A stretch of DNA of 64,000 nt. Source: an uncultured Planctomycetota bacterium. GTDB taxonomy: Bacteria > Planctomycetota > Planctomycetia > Gemmatales > Gemmataceae. Below are positions 40,449 to 51,982 of this stretch, in pieces (the stretch's first letter is position 1; each line of letters opens with the position of its first letter). The notes beneath the pieces are model-generated. The model made no database searches and was not told the origin of the DNA. It worked only from the letters and a program-made list of their open reading frames with translations. The DNA lies in the NCBI GenBank assembly GCA_963849325.1, contig CAWKHF010000006.1, positions 608,001 through 672,000 of the forward strand. The letters are read 5' to 3'. The position numbers were made by a program, and so were the translations under genes.

Positions 40449-41642
40449 TTACCTCCCGATCACCCCCAACTCTTTGCCGACCTCGGCGAAGGCCGCGATG
40501 GCGCGGTCGATCTGCTCGGCGGTGTGCGCCGCCGACATCTGGATGCGGATGCGCGCCTGCCCCTGCGGCACGACCGGATAGCTGAAGCCGATGACGTAGA
40601 TGCCGCGCTCCAGCAGGGCATCGGCCATGCGCGTGGCCAGGGCGGCATCGCCGAGCATGACCGGCAGAATGGGATGCTGGCCCGGCTTGAGGCGAAAGCC
40701 GGCTGCCTCCAGGCCGGCACGCATGCGACGGGCGTTGTCGTGCAGGCGGTCGCGCAGGGCGCTGCTCTTCTCGACCAACTCCAACGCCTTCAGCGCGGCC
40801 ATGACGATCGGCGGCGGCAGAGCGTTGGAGAACAGATACGTCCGCGAACGCTGCCGCAGCAGGTCGATGACTTCGGCCCGGCCGCAGGTGAAGCCGCCGG
40901 AGGCCCCGCCCAGCGTCTTGCCCAGCGTGCTCGTGATAATGTCCACGCGCTCCAGCACGCCGAGGTGCTCCGGCGTGCCGCGGCCACCCGATCCGAGAAT
41001 GCCCGTGGCATGGCTGTCGTCCACCACCACGATGGCGTCATGGCGATCGGCAAGATCGCAAATGTCCGGCAATTTCGCCAGCGCGCCGTCCATCGAGAAC
41101 ACGCCGTCGGTGACGATCAGGCGCAGCCGGCTGTTGGCGGACTCGCGCAGGCCGTGCTCCAGCTCGCTCATGTCGCCATGCCGATAGCGAACGCGCCGCG
41201 CCTTGCACAGACGGATGCCGTCGATGATGCTGGCGTGGTTCAACTCGTCGCTGAGAACGGTGTCCTCGTCGCCCAGGATCGTCTCGAACAGTCCGCCGTT
41301 GGCGTCCCAGCACGAGCTGTACAGGATGGCGTCGTCCTTGCCGAGAAAGTGGGCGATACGGTTTTCGAGTTGTTTGTGTAGCGTCTGGGTGCCGCAGATG
41401 AAGCGCACCGAGGCCATGCCGTAACCGAAGCGGCGCAATCCCTCGTGGGCCGCCTCGACGATGGCCGGATGGTTCGCCAGGCCGAGATAATTGTTGGCGC
41501 AGAAGTTGAGGACTTCGCGGCCGTTGACGTGGATGGCCGCGTCCTGCGGTCCTTCGAGTTGTCGCTCGCCCTTGTACAGCCCGCGAGTGCGAAGGTCATC
41601 GAGCTGGGGACGCAGAACTTGCAGCAGGTGCTTATCGCTCAT
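40449..41642 (-). CDS. kbl: Glycine C-acetyltransferase (2-amino-3-ketobutyrate CoA ligase)
   Basis: [66 protein letters not shown]. Confidence 0.96.
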   Translation of the reverse strand: MSDKHLLQVLRPQLDDLRTRGLYKGERQLEGPQDAAIHVNGREVLNFCANNYLGLANHPAIVEAAHEGLRRFGYGMASVRFICGTQTLHKQLENRIAHFLGKDDAILYSSCWDANGGLFETILGDEDTVLSDELNHASIIDGIRLCKARRVRYRHGDMSELEHGLRESANSRLRLIVTDGVFSMDGALAKLPDICDLADRHDAIVVVDDSHATGILGSGGRGTPEHLGVLERVDIITSTLGKTLGGASGGFTCGRAEVIDLLRQRSRTYLFSNALPPPIVMAALKALELVEKSSALRDRLHDNARRMRAGLEAAGFRLKPGQHPILPVMLGDAALATRMADALLERGIYVIGFSYPVVPQGQARIRIQMSAAHTAEQIDRAIAAFAEVGKELGVIGR

Positions 41643-41678
41643 GGTCGTTACCGGAAGAGGGGGCGATTGTCCGTCTGT

Positions 41679-41707
41679 AAGGTAAGGGGCAAGCGCGAGC
41701 TTGTCTA
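41679..41707 (-). promoter_or_regulatory. Putative sigma70-type promoter for kbl
   Basis: TAGACA-17 bp-TACCTT (same -10 as the RHS promoter candidate). Confidence 0.4.
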
Positions 41708-41855
41708 CCCGCGAGGTGATTCGAGCCTTGCTTATTCGATGGGGGCTTACGAAGAGATGCTTCCCGGGAAGAGGCGAGGGCTGCGAGCGATTCTTGACGC
41801 CCGCGACGGTCTGGCTTACGCTGAAAACATCGCAAAGCGAGGGAGGATTCGGAGC

Positions 41856-44377
41856 ATGGCCCGGTGCAAGGTCAAGATGGCGGCGTTGCGGATACTGGTG
41901 CTGAGCCTCGGCGCGGGCGGGGTGGGCGTGCTGGCTCATCGGCCGCTGGCCGGCAAACAAGCGGAGGCGCCGCAATCGCTGGCCCCGGCGAAGGTCCAGG
42001 GCGAGCGAACGGCGCGCACGGACAGCTATGGTGATCCGTTGCCGCCCGGTGCGCTGGCGCGATGGGGAACGATCCGCCTGAGACATGCCGGCTTAGTGGA
42101 GTCGGCCGCTTTTTCTCCGGACGGCAAGCTGCTGGCCACGGCCGGACAAGATGAGCGCGTCCGCTTGTGGGACGCCGCCACGGGCAAAAAACTACGGCGA
42201 TTCAATCTGGGCAGGCGCGGCACGGCGCCTGCACCGTTTATGGGGTGGCGTTTTCCCCTGACGGTAAATGGCTGGCGGCGTGCGGCTGGCAGACGGGACT
42301 GGCTCTCTGGGAGACGGCCACGGGCAAACAACTGCGCTGGGAAGACGGTGGGGATACTTTCGTCTTCTTTTCGCCGGACGGCAAGCGGCTCGTGCGAGGA
42401 GGGTCGAAGGACGGCAGCATGAAGATTTTGGATTTGGCCAGTAACAAGGCCAAACGTTGTCCCGATAAATGGGAAACCGTTCTGGCGGCTGCGTTCTCCC
42501 CCGATGGGACCGTCCTCGCCTCGGCCGGCCCGGACAAAACAATTCGACTGTGGGACGCGACGACCTTGAAGGAGCTGCGCTCGTGTCGCGGACATACCGA
42601 AGAAGTCCGCGCCCTCGCCTTTTCCCCGGACGGCAAGCAGCTCCTCTCCGGCGGTTTGGACAAGACCCTGCGCTTATGGGACGTTACGACCGGCCGACAG
42701 GTCAAGCAACTGGCCAAGCTGCCGTCAGCTGTGGTTGCCGCGCGCTTTTCACCCGACGGTCGAACCATTGCTACGGGAAGCTGGGACCAATCGATCGTCT
42801 TGTGGGACAGCAAAACGGGAGAAAAACGCCGCCAATTCCGCGGCTTCAGCGGCGAAGCCTCCTTCGCTCTGGCGTTCGCACCGGACGGAAAAAAATTGAC
42901 GGGATCGACCGGATCATTTATCCAGATGTGGGATCTGGCCACCGGCAAGGAGCTTTTCCCACTTGGCGGCCATCCCTCCGCTATCGCCGGCCTCGCTTAT
43001 TCCGGCGATGGGCGAACCCTGGCCACGGCGAGCTGGGAAGGGTCGCTGTGTTTATGGGAAGCGGCCACGGGCAAGGAGCTGCGCCGGTGTGTCGGCCATC
43101 GATCGCAGTTACACTGTCTGGCTTTTTCCGGCGACGGCAAACTTTTGGTCACCGCCAGCTCGGACAGCACCACGCGCTTGTGGGAAGCGGCGACGGGCAA
43201 AGAAGTATGGCGCCTCAATACAAAGATTAATGACGGTTACTGTACGGCCTTCAGTCGCGATGGGGAGGCGATCGCTTTCGGCAACCACGATGGTTCGATC
43301 CTACTGCGGCACACCAGCACGGGCGACCCGTTGCGCCGGCTCAAGGGACACACGGACGGCACCCCGGTTTACAGCGTGGCCTTCTCTCCCGATGGCCGAA
43401 CGCTGCTTTCCGGCGGGCTGGACAAGACCATGCGCTTGTGGGATTGGAAGGAAGGCAAGCAGCTCCGTGTCTTCGCGGAGCATGGGGGTTGGGTCTTCGC
43501 CGTCGCCTTCTCTCCCGACGGCAAATGGGCCGCTTCCGCCGGTGGTCCCACGATCCACTTGTGGGACTTGGCGACGGGGCGAGAGATTCGGCGGTTCCAC
43601 GGTCCCGAAACAGGTCTGAATACGTCCATACTGAGCATCTCGTTTTCTCGGGATGGCAGGATGCTCGCCTCCACCGGCCAAGACCCGACGGTGCGCCTGT
43701 GGGAGGTGGTGAGCGGACAGGAACGTTGCCATTTTCTCGGACACGAATATCGCGTCGAGTGTCTGGCCTTTTCGCCGGCAAGCCCCATTATCGCTTCCGG
43801 CGGCGGCGACGGGACCGTCCTCCTCTGGGACGCAACCGGCCGCTTGCTGCATGGGCGACCGGCCAGGCGGAGCTTATCGCGCCGAGAGTTGGAATCGTAC
43901 TGGAGCGATCTGGCCAGCGTCGATGCTCGCCGTGCCTTTCGTGCTCTGGGTGCTCTGGTCTCGGCCGGCGAGCAATCGACGGCATTCCTCCAGGAGCAAG
44001 TGCGGCCCGTTCGGATTGCCGATCCGAAGCAAACGGCTCGGCTTCTCCGCGAGCTGGACAGCGATGACTTCGCCGCGCGGACCAAGGCCGCGGAACAACT
44101 GGAGAAACGAGGCGAATCGGTTCGGCCGGCGCTCGAACAGGCTTTGAAGTACAAACCACCGCTGGAGACACACCGGCGCATCGTGCGACTGCTCGAACAG
44201 CTCGACTCCGAACGTTCTCCCGAGCAATGGCGTCTCCTGCGCCTCGTCGAAGCGCTGGAGCGAATGAACACGCCTTCCTCTCGGGAATTCCTCGAAGCCT
44301 TGAGTAAAGGGATGCCCGAAGCGAACTTGACTCAGGAAGCAATAGCCGCGCTCAAACGTCTGCGCTCGCATCGTTAA
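41856..44377 (+). CDS. WD40-repeat protein with N-terminal TM/signal (frameshift ~42215)
   Basis: [21 protein letters not shown]; ~14 AFSPDG...LWD repeats; helical C-terminal W.DL...A.RA...L domain. Confidence 0.9.
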
Positions 44378-44389
44378 ACCGCGCCCGGC

Positions 44390-45088
44390 TCACGATGACC
44401 GCGCTCGCCATTGTTCCTCCGCCGAGCTGGGGCGCAGATACAGCGGCTCCAACGTCCACGGATCGTCGCGCTCTCCAGCGGCATAGCGTGCCAGGCCGAG
44501 CCGTAGCAAACTCGCCGACTGCGGCTCCCACAAGTCCGTATCCAGCATCGGCACATCCGCCGGCAAACGCTCGGCCCACTTCCGCAATCCCGGACCCGTG
44601 ACCGAAGCACCCTTCTCTCGCGTGGCGAGCCAGTCGGCGAAAGGACGGATCGTCAATTCGGCCAGCGAACGCCAGCCGCCGGCATCGCGCACGAATGGCT
44701 GCACATAAATCTTGTCCTGCTGCGCATCGGCGAGGACATCGACGCGGGCAACGGACTCAGGAGCTTGCAGGACGATGGTGGCGAACGTCTCGACGGCGAT
44801 CAGGGCGCAGCCGGTGGCATAGGCGAACGTCTTGGCGGACATGAGGCCGATGCGCAGGCCGGTGTAACTGCCGGGACCGCGACTGACGACGACGGCCTGC
44901 ACGTCGCGCGGCTTCCATCCTTGCTCCGCCAGCAGCGCCGCCGTCGCCGGGGCCAGATCGCGGGCGTGTCGCCGTGCTTCGTCCAGCACCCGCTCGCCGC
45001 GCCATTCGTCACCCTCCGCCAGGGCCACCCGGCCGGTGCGGCCCGACGTCTCCACGATCAGCAGACGAGGAGCGATCATTGCACTCAT
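44390..45088 (-). CDS. tsaB: tRNA threonylcarbamoyladenosine biosynthesis protein TsaB
   Basis: LIVETSG, HARDL.P, VS.GPGSYTGLRIG...AK, LEPLYLRPSSAE. Confidence 0.93.
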   Translation of the reverse strand: MSAMIAPRLLIVETSGRTGRVALAEGDEWRGERVLDEARRHARDLAPATAALLAEQGWKPRDVQAVVVSRGPGSYTGLRIGLMSAKTFAYATGCALIAVETFATIVLQAPESVARVDVLADAQQDKIYVQPFVRDAGGWRSLAELTIRPFADWLATREKGASVTGPGLRKWAERLPADVPMLDTDLWEPQSASLLRLGLARYAAGERDDPWTLEPLYLRPSSAEEQWRARSS

Positions 45089-45145
45089 GCTTCCCCCAAG
45101 CCGAACTGTTATGTCCTTGACGCCCTCGCCACGTTCGGCATCGAT

Positions 45146-45295
45146 ATTATTCCGGCAAGAAAGATTTTCAACCACGGATTACACGGATAGCACGGATAAG
45201 AAAAGCAGAGATACAGCGGCCCATCCACTATCGGTATTTTCCTATCCGTGTTATCCGTGTAATCCGTGGTTGAAAATCTTTCTTGCCGGAATAAT
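45146..45295. repeat. Palindromic element, CACGGAT tandem-unit family, copy 2 (~53-bp arms, one mismatch)
   Basis: attattccggcaagaaagattttcaaccacggattacacggatagcacggata / tatccgtgttatccgtgtaatccgtggttgaaaatctttcttgccggaataat. Confidence 0.92.
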
Positions 45296-45311
45296 CGGAT
45301 CGGGAGAGAAG

Positions 45312-45584
45312 TCATCCGCCGGCATCCGCCGAGAGCAGCAGCAAACGAGCGCCATTCGGCAGCGTCTCGGCGAGGTCGGTGACGAAGTGCTCGCCGTCCA
45401 GCGAGAGAAGATACTGCGGGGCGAGCCGGCCATCGGCCTGCCGGACGTTCGCCAAAGCAGGACAGGCGGCGGCGATGGCGGCGAGCGCCTCGCCGGCCGT
45501 GGCGGCGGACACGCGCAGGTCCGGCCGACCGGCCCGCAGGCGCGGCACGCCGAAAAATTCCACCGTCACTGTCGGTCCACTCAT
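45312..45584 (-). CDS. moaD: MoaD/ThiS family sulfur carrier
   Basis: 90 aa, VEFFG..R..AG, C-terminal AGG. Confidence 0.85.
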   Translation of the reverse strand: MSGPTVTVEFFGVPRLRAGRPDLRVSAATAGEALAAIAAACPALANVRQADGRLAPQYLLSLDGEHFVTDLAETLPNGARLLLLSADAGG

Positions 45585-47548
45585 CGGCCGTCGCCCTCGA
45601 TTGCTCCCGGATGAAAGCCGCGATCCGCCAACGCTCGGCGCGTCGCGGGATCGGCCAGCAAATCGACGAACGCTTGCACCGCCGGCCGGTCGCGCCGGGT
45701 CCGGGGGACAACAAAATCGTACTGTTCCGCTCGCAGCGGCAGGAAGCCCAGTCCATAAGCCTGCGCCACCGGCTCGATGGCCACGCCCCAGTCCGCTCGC
45801 CCCTGCCTCACGGCGGCGGCGACGGCGTTGTGCGAGCGCGCCTCCGTGAGGTATCCCGGTGGCCGTGCCGCGCCGAGCAGACCATCGATCAGGATGCGCG
45901 TGCCGCTACCGCGATTGCGGTTGACCAGCACGCACTCGGCATCCGTCAACGCTGCGACCAGTGTACCGGCCACGTCGCGGCCCTCGAACCGCGCATCGCC
46001 CGGCCGGAAAACAAGTCCCTGTGTCCGCCCATAGCCGGGCAGCAGCTCCACGGAGTCGCTGAGGAAAGGGCGGTTGTAGGTGTCGGTTCGCGGGTCGAGC
46101 AGGTGGATGCCGGCCAGGTCGCATTCGCCGCGCTTGGCCGCTTCCAGGCCGCCCGTGCTGCCGACCGCCAGCACCTTGCTCGTCACGCCTCGGGAGTGCA
46201 GCTCGCCGAGCAGGTAATCCAGGCCCGTGCAATGGCTGCCGATGACGATCAGGTCGGCGGGCTGAATGTCGGCGTCGAGCAAGTGTACGGACACGATGCT
46301 ATCGCGTTCGAGGTACTCGCGCTGCCGGGGGATGACGACGAAACCGTCGGCCCGGCCGAACGCCGTCACCGAGCCGGAGCCTTTGCCCATCGGGTAGGCG
46401 ACGTAGCGACAGGCCGCCTCGCCGATCGTCTCCACCAGGCCGACCAGCAGATACTCGGTGCGGCCGCGCTCGGAGTTGACGCGCAGCGGTAGGCGAGCGG
46501 CTACATCTCCCGCCGTCCGATCGCGGCGCCCGGCCAGTTGTCGCAGCACCGGCGCGAGAAATTCGTGGAAGGTAAAGATCGCCGAAGTCGGAAATCCAGG
46601 CAGCACAGCCACGGGAATGGGCCGGCGTCCTTCGCGCTGAACGACGGCGAGGCAGAGCGGCTTGCCCGGCTTGAGGGCGACGCCGTGAGCCACGATGCCG
46701 GGCGAACCCAGCTCGGCCACGGCGCGATACGACACGTCGCCGGCCCCCTTGGACGTGCCGCCCGAGAGAAGGATCGCATCGTACACGAGCGCCCGCCGCA
46801 GGACGTCCAGCAGGCGGGCGCGATCGTCGTGTACGATGCCCAGCGGCATCGGCTCGCCGCCCAGCTCGCGCACGGCGTCGGCCAGTACCGTGGCATTGCT
46901 GTCGTAGATCATGCCCGGCCTCATCGCCGCGCCCGGCGCGATCAGCTCATCTCCCGTCGAAAGGATGGCGACGCGCGGCCGGCGGACCACGGACACCGCG
47001 GCGATGCCCAGCGCTGCCAGCACGCCAGTTTCGCGCGAGGTCAGGTGCTGGCTGCGGCGAAGCACCACCTCGCCCTGACCGATGTCGGTGCCGGCGAAGG
47101 TGACGTTCGACCCCGGTGCGACCGGCCGCGTCAGAAGCAATTGTTCGTCGCGCACGTCGGTGTACTCGATCATGACGACGGCGTCGGCACCGCGCGGCAG
47201 CATGGCGCCGGTGGCGATGGCCGTCGCCGTGCCGGCCGTGACGGTTTGGCGCGGCGCGACGCCGGTGGCCAGCGTTTCGTCGTTGAGACGCAGGGAGTGC
47301 GGCCGATCTTCGCTCGCGCCGAAGGTGTCGGCGGCCTGGACCGCGAAGCCGTCCACATTGGAGCGGTCGAAGCTCGGCACGTCCAGCGGCGCGACGACTT
47401 CCTCGGCCAGCACCCGGCCGAGAGCGTCGGCTAGCGGCACCGTTTCCGCCTCCAGCGGCCGCAGGTCGAGCACGGCGCGGAAGCGGCGCTCGGCCTCGTC
47501 GCGGTCGATCACGTCCAAAAACTGCTGTTGCCGCAGCGCGTCGTTCAT
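45581..47548 (-). CDS. moeA: Molybdopterin molybdotransferase MoeA fused to periplasmic-binding-protein-like domain
   Basis: GRVLAE, PSFDRSNVDGFAV, STGDEL, SGGTSKG.GD, KPGKP, LPGFPTSA; C-terminal GSHC.GLD, GSTGGL, NRNRGSGTR, E.YDF. Confidence 0.92.
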   Translation of the reverse strand: MNDALRQQQFLDVIDRDEAERRFRAVLDLRPLEAETVPLADALGRVLAEEVVAPLDVPSFDRSNVDGFAVQAADTFGASEDRPHSLRLNDETLATGVAPRQTVTAGTATAIATGAMLPRGADAVVMIEYTDVRDEQLLLTRPVAPGSNVTFAGTDIGQGEVVLRRSQHLTSRETGVLAALGIAAVSVVRRPRVAILSTGDELIAPGAAMRPGMIYDSNATVLADAVRELGGEPMPLGIVHDDRARLLDVLRRALVYDAILLSGGTSKGAGDVSYRAVAELGSPGIVAHGVALKPGKPLCLAVVQREGRRPIPVAVLPGFPTSAIFTFHEFLAPVLRQLAGRRDRTAGDVAARLPLRVNSERGRTEYLLVGLVETIGEAACRYVAYPMGKGSGSVTAFGRADGFVVIPRQREYLERDSIVSVHLLDADIQPADLIVIGSHCTGLDYLLGELHSRGVTSKVLAVGSTGGLEAAKRGECDLAGIHLLDPRTDTYNRPFLSDSVELLPGYGRTQGLVFRPGDARFEGRDVAGTLVAALTDAECVLVNRNRGSGTRILIDGLLGAARPPGYLTEARSHNAVAAAVRQGRADWGVAIEPVAQAYGLGFLPLRAEQYDFVVPRTRRDRPAVQAFVDLLADPATRRALADRGFHPGAIEGDGR

Positions 47549-48807
47549 GAGGCATCGTCGTACAGGTACACCGTCACCGTTTCGCCGGCCGGATGGCCCT
47601 CGCTGTCGCGCGGCACGAGGAGGAAGCCGTCGGCAACCGTGGTTGTGCTTAGCATCGACGCGCCGCTGACGGCGAGCGGCTCGGCCCGTCCGTCCCGAAT
47701 GCGGACGCGGACGTAATCGACGCGGCCCACAGCCGAGGCGACCTTCGCCGTCAGAGGCAGCAACGCACGGCGATAGGGCAGTTCCGGCGAGCGTCCGCCG
47801 AGTTTGCGGATCGCACGGCCGGCGAACAGATCGTAAGCACACAGACACGACACCGGATTGCCCGGCAGCAGAAACACCGGCCGGCCGTCGAGGAAGCCAA
47901 CGCCGGCCGGACTGGCCGGACGCAGGGCGATTCCATGCACGGGTAGCTCGCCCAGTTCGGCCAGCACCGTCGGCGCATGGTCCTCCTGGCCGACCGACGA
48001 TCCACCCGAGACGAGCAGTACGTCCGCCGTGCTGATCCTGGATCGCCTGGCGCACCGCCTCGCGGCGGTCGGGAATCAGCGGGGCGACCAACGCCTCGCC
48101 GCTGTCCCGCCGCACCAGGGCGGCCAGCATCACGGAGTTGCTATCGACGATGCGATGGCCCTCCGGCCTGGCGCCGACCGGCAGCAGTTCGTCGCCGGTG
48201 ATGAGGACGTCGATGCGCGGCCGGCGGATCGACGAACACCTCGCCGACGCCGATGGACGCGAGCAGGCCGAGGTCTTGCGGGCGCAGCACCCGTCCGGCC
48301 GACAGTACCGTCCGGCCCGGTTCGATGTCCTCGCCGCGACGGCCGACGTGCCGGCCAGGCGAGACCGGCTCCGTGACGCGCAGCACGCCCGCCTCTTCCT
48401 GAGCGACCTCGACCGGCACCACGGCGTCGGTCCCAGCCGGCACCGGCGCTCCCGTCATGATCCGCACCGCTTGTCCCGGCGCGACCGGTCCAGCGAAAGG
48501 CCGGCCCGGCAGCGCTTCGCCGAGTACACGCAGTTCCAGCGGGTTGTACGGACCCGCTCCGAACGTCTCCTCGGCACGCACGGCATAGCCATCCATCGCG
48601 GCGCGATCAAATCCGGGCACAGCCACTTCCGCCACTACGTCCGCGCTCAGGACGCGCCCGCTCGCCTGCGAAACGAGCACCGTCTCCGCCGCCAATGTCC
48701 GCACGCGCCCGTCGAGGAGACGAATCACCTCTTCGACCTCGGCGCGGTCCTGGAAGCCGCGCATGCGGCACGTCGCGGCGCCCCGGTTGCGCGGCGGGAG
48801 AAGTCAT
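47545..48807 (-). CDS. moeA: Second MoeA (several frameshifts)
   Basis: GRVLSADV, PGFDRAAMDGYAV, IMTGAPVP.G.DAVV, TGDEL, SGGSSVGQED, LPGNPVS. Confidence 0.85.
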
Positions 48808-48902
48808 GACTCGGCTCCGCACGGGGAATGGATTCCCTCTTCACTGTCCAGACGCATAATACCAGAGCGTGGACAAACCGGGAAGCAATCGAGGTTTTCA
48901 TC

Positions 48903-49517
48903 ATGCTGCGTACCGGCGGCGTCGTTCTCTGCGGAGGTCAATCCAGCCGCATGGGCCGGCCCAAAGCGTGGCTGCCCTTCGGCGACGAGTTGATGCTGCC
49001 GCGTGTCGTCCGCATGCTGGGCGAGGTCGTCGCCCCCCTCGTCGTCGTCGCCGCCCCCGGTCAGGACGTGCCGCCCTTGCCCGCCGGGGTCGAAATCGCC
49101 CGCGATCCCGAGCAGGGGCGCGGCCCGCTCCAGGGGTTGGCCGCCGGACTGAACGCTCTTCGCGGTCGGGCCGACGCCGCCTACCTGTCCTCCTGCGATG
49201 TCCCGTTCCTGCAACCGGCCTTCGTCCGCCGGCTCATCGAGCTGCTCGGCGAGTACGCCGTCTGTGTGCCGCAAGTCGAGGGCTACCGACATCCGTTGGC
49301 GGCGGTGTATCGGCTGGAGGTCGCCGACGTGGCCATGCGCCTGCTCGCCGAGGACCGTTTGCGGCCGGCGTTCCTGTTCGAGCAGGTGCCGACGCGGATC
49401 GTCCAGCCGGAAGAGTTGGCCGACGTGGACTCAACCTTTCAGACGCTCCGCAACCTGAACACTCCCGCCGAATACGAGGCGGCTTGGCGAGATTCATTCC
49501 CGGCGGAAGGCCGATAA
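48903..49517 (+). CDS. mobA: Molybdenum cofactor guanylyltransferase
   Basis: LCGGQSSRMGRPKA, GPLQGL, SCDVPF, HPLAAVY, NLNTPAEY. Confidence 0.92.
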   Translation: MLRTGGVVLCGGQSSRMGRPKAWLPFGDELMLPRVVRMLGEVVAPLVVVAAPGQDVPPLPAGVEIARDPEQGRGPLQGLAAGLNALRGRADAAYLSSCDVPFLQPAFVRRLIELLGEYAVCVPQVEGYRHPLAAVYRLEVADVAMRLLAEDRLRPAFLFEQVPTRIVQPEELADVDSTFQTLRNLNTPAEYEAAWRDSFPAEGR

Positions 49518-49568
49518 GGTATAATGCCCCCATACTTCCGCGGACCACACGCCACCGAGCACACCCGC

Positions 49569-49911
49569 ATGGCCGAGTTGTTCATCCTCATCCCCGGTCG
49601 CACCAGTCGCCAGGGCACCACGCTCAACGAGGGCAAGTTCACCGCCGGCTATGTCGAAGAGACGAGCACCCTGTTCATGTGCCCCGACGATATGAAACGC
49701 CTGGGGCTGACCGCCGGCGCTCGGGTGCGCGCTGCGCTCGGAACAGGGCCAGATTGAACTACCGTGCCAGGCGGCCAAGGACGGCGAACTGCCGGCGGGT
49801 CTGCTGTTCCTGCCCTACGGCGATCTGTCCAGCAAACTCATGACCGGCGACACCTGCGGCACCGGCATGCCCAGCAGCAAATGTTTCGACGTCGAACTGG
49901 AAAGGTTGTAA
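49569..49911 (+). CDS. fwdD: FwdD/FmdD-like molybdopterin dinucleotide-binding subunit (frameshift ~49740)
   Basis: LIPGRTSRQG.....GK....Y, M.PDD..RLG...G.RV, P.G.LFLPYG...S.L...DT.GTGMP.SK...VE.E. Confidence 0.8.
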
Positions 49912-49913
49912 CG

Positions 49914-50183
49914 ATGCTCGAATATCACGCGGCGTATTACCAGATCGAGGATGGTTGGTTTATGGCCAAAGTCCTCGACTTCCCCGGCGTCGTCACCCAG
50001 GGACGCACCCTTGATAAAGCCCGGCAGATGCTCAACGATGCCCTGCGCGAGATGACGGAGTGGTTACTGGAAGATGGGCAGCCGCTCCCGCATCCCGATC
50101 CGGCTGCCACCGACACCAACGCGGATCAAACCGAACCCATTCGGCTCATCATCCGTGCCCGCTCCGGAGCGGCTGCTCCATGA
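49914..50183 (+). CDS. hicB: HicB family antitoxin
   Basis: DGWFMAKVLDFPGVVTQGRTL..AR.ML.DAL.....W...G.PLP. Confidence 0.9.
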   Translation: MLEYHAAYYQIEDGWFMAKVLDFPGVVTQGRTLDKARQMLNDALREMTEWLLEDGQPLPHPDPAATDTNADQTEPIRLIIRARSGAAAP

Positions 50184-50374
50184 AAAGACGGAAGTTGCTC
50201 CATCACCTTCGCCGGCACGGTTGTCGGGTCGTCGGAGAAGGAAGGAAGCATACCCGAGTTCTCAATACCGCAAACGGGCGGCGAAGCTTTGTCCCACGTC
50301 ATCCGGAGATTGGTTCCGGATTGGTCCGCGAAATCTGCAAACAGCTGGATGTCCCAGCGCCGCCGGAGAATTAA
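50180..50374 (+). CDS. hicA: HicA family toxin
   Basis: MKRRKLLHHL..HGC....EG.KHT, VPRH.EI...LV..ICKQL. Confidence 0.9.
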   Translation: MKRRKLLHHLRRHGCRVVGEGRKHTRVLNTANGRRSFVPRHPEIGSGLVREICKQLDVPAPPEN

Positions 50375-50392
50375 TCGGCAAGGAGAGATCCC

Positions 50393-51703
50393 ATGAGTGC
50401 AACCAGCACCGAACTGAAAATCGTCCCCAACGCCACCTGCACCTTCTGCGGCTGCGTTTGCGATGACATGGAGTTGACCGTCGAGGACAACCACATCACC
50501 AAGGCCAAGAACGCCTGCGTGCTGGGCAAGGCGTGGTTCCTCAATCACCACGTCGAGGACCGGCCGGTCGCCACCATCGAAGGCCAGCCGGCGACGCTGG
50601 AAGAGGGCGTCGAACGCGCCGCCCGCATCCTGGCCGACGCTCGCTATCCGATCGTCTACGGCCTGTCGGACACGACCTGCGAGGCGCAGCGCGTGGCGGT
50701 GGCCATCGCCGACCGCATCGGCGGCTGTGTCGATACGACTACGTCGGTCTGCCACGGTCCGTCCGGCATGGCCTTCCAGGGCGTCGGCGAAGTTACTTGC
50801 ACGCTCGGCGAGGTCAAGAACCGGGCCGATCTCGTCCTCTTCTGGGGCAGCAACCCCGCCGAGTCGCACCCGCGTCACTGGGGCCGCTATTCGACCATGC
50901 CCAAGGGCCTGTTCGTGCCCAAGGGCCGCAAGGGACGCACGGTGGTCCTCGTCGATGTCCGCAAGAGCAAGAGCGCTCCCGCCGCCGACATCTTCCTGGC
51001 GATCAAGCCGCGCAAGGACTTCGAGGCTCTGTGGGCCTTGCGTGCTCTCGTCAAGGGCATCGAACTCGATCCGTCCATCGGCGACGAGACCGGCATCCCT
51101 CTGGCGCAGCTGCAAGACCTGGCCCAGCGGATGAAGAAGTGTCGATTCGGCATTCTCTTCTTCGGCATGGGCCTGTCGATGACACGCGGTCGTCATCTCA
51201 ACGTCGAGGCGGCGCTGTCGCTGGCCCGCGACCTCAACGAGTACACGCGCTTTTACGCCAAGCCGATGCGCGGTCACGGCAACGTCACCGGAGCCGACAA
51301 CGTGGTCAGTTGGCAGACCGGCTATCCCTTCGGCGTCAGCCTGGGTCGCGGTTATCCGCGTTTCAACCCCGGCGAGTTCACCACCTCGGACACGCTGGCG
51401 CGCGGCGAGGCCGACGCCGCCCTGATCGTCGCCTCCGACCCGATGGGCAATTTCTCGCAGCCGGCCCGCGAACATTTGGCGAAAATCCCGTACATTGCGC
51501 TCGATCCCAAGGAGACGGCGACGGTGCGACAGGCGACGGTGGCCTTCTGCACGGCCACCTATGGCATCAATGTTCCGGGCACCGTCTACCGCATGGACGA
51601 CGTGCCCATCCCCCTGCGCCCCGCCTTCGCGTCGCCGTACCCCAGCGATGAAGAGGTGCTGAAAAAGATCGAGAAGCGCGTGCGTGAATTACAGGTGGAG
51701 TGA
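50393..51703 (+). CDS. fwdB: Formylmethanofuran dehydrogenase subunit B
   Basis: CTFCGCVCDD...C, TTSVCHGPS, TLGEVKNRAD, WG.NP..SHPRH, MRGHGNV.G, W.TGYPF, GTVYRMD.VP. Confidence 0.93.
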   Translation: MSATSTELKIVPNATCTFCGCVCDDMELTVEDNHITKAKNACVLGKAWFLNHHVEDRPVATIEGQPATLEEGVERAARILADARYPIVYGLSDTTCEAQRVAVAIADRIGGCVDTTTSVCHGPSGMAFQGVGEVTCTLGEVKNRADLVLFWGSNPAESHPRHWGRYSTMPKGLFVPKGRKGRTVVLVDVRKSKSAPAADIFLAIKPRKDFEALWALRALVKGIELDPSIGDETGIPLAQLQDLAQRMKKCRFGILFFGMGLSMTRGRHLNVEAALSLARDLNEYTRFYAKPMRGHGNVTGADNVVSWQTGYPFGVSLGRGYPRFNPGEFTTSDTLARGEADAALIVASDPMGNFSQPAREHLAKIPYIALDPKETATVRQATVAFCTATYGINVPGTVYRMDDVPIPLRPAFASPYPSDEEVLKKIEKRVRELQVE

Positions 51704-51739
51704 ACGAGGAGCAGGAACTCTATCCAGGAGGACCGAAAC

Positions 51740-51982
51740 ATGGTCAGATATATCGAAGTGATGGGTGTAATCCACGGCAAGACGATCACGCTCGACGAGG
51801 CGACATTTCTGCCGGACGGCTGTCCGGTGGTCGTTCATCTTAGTCTGACACGGGAGGAAGCGCTCCGCCAACTGGCCCTTCCCTGCGAACCGATGACTCC
51901 CGAAGAACTGGCCGACATGGAGGAAACCTTATCCGAATTTCATGGTCGGCCCGTCGATCTCCCGCCCTCCGAGACTTCATGA
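51740..51982 (+). CDS. Putative antitoxin upstream of PIN gene
   Basis: 80 aa, GVIHGKTI.LDE...LPDG..V.V; overlaps the PIN gene by ATGA. Confidence 0.65.
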   Translation: MVRYIEVMGVIHGKTITLDEATFLPDGCPVVVHLSLTREEALRQLALPCEPMTPEELADMEETLSEFHGRPVDLPPSETS

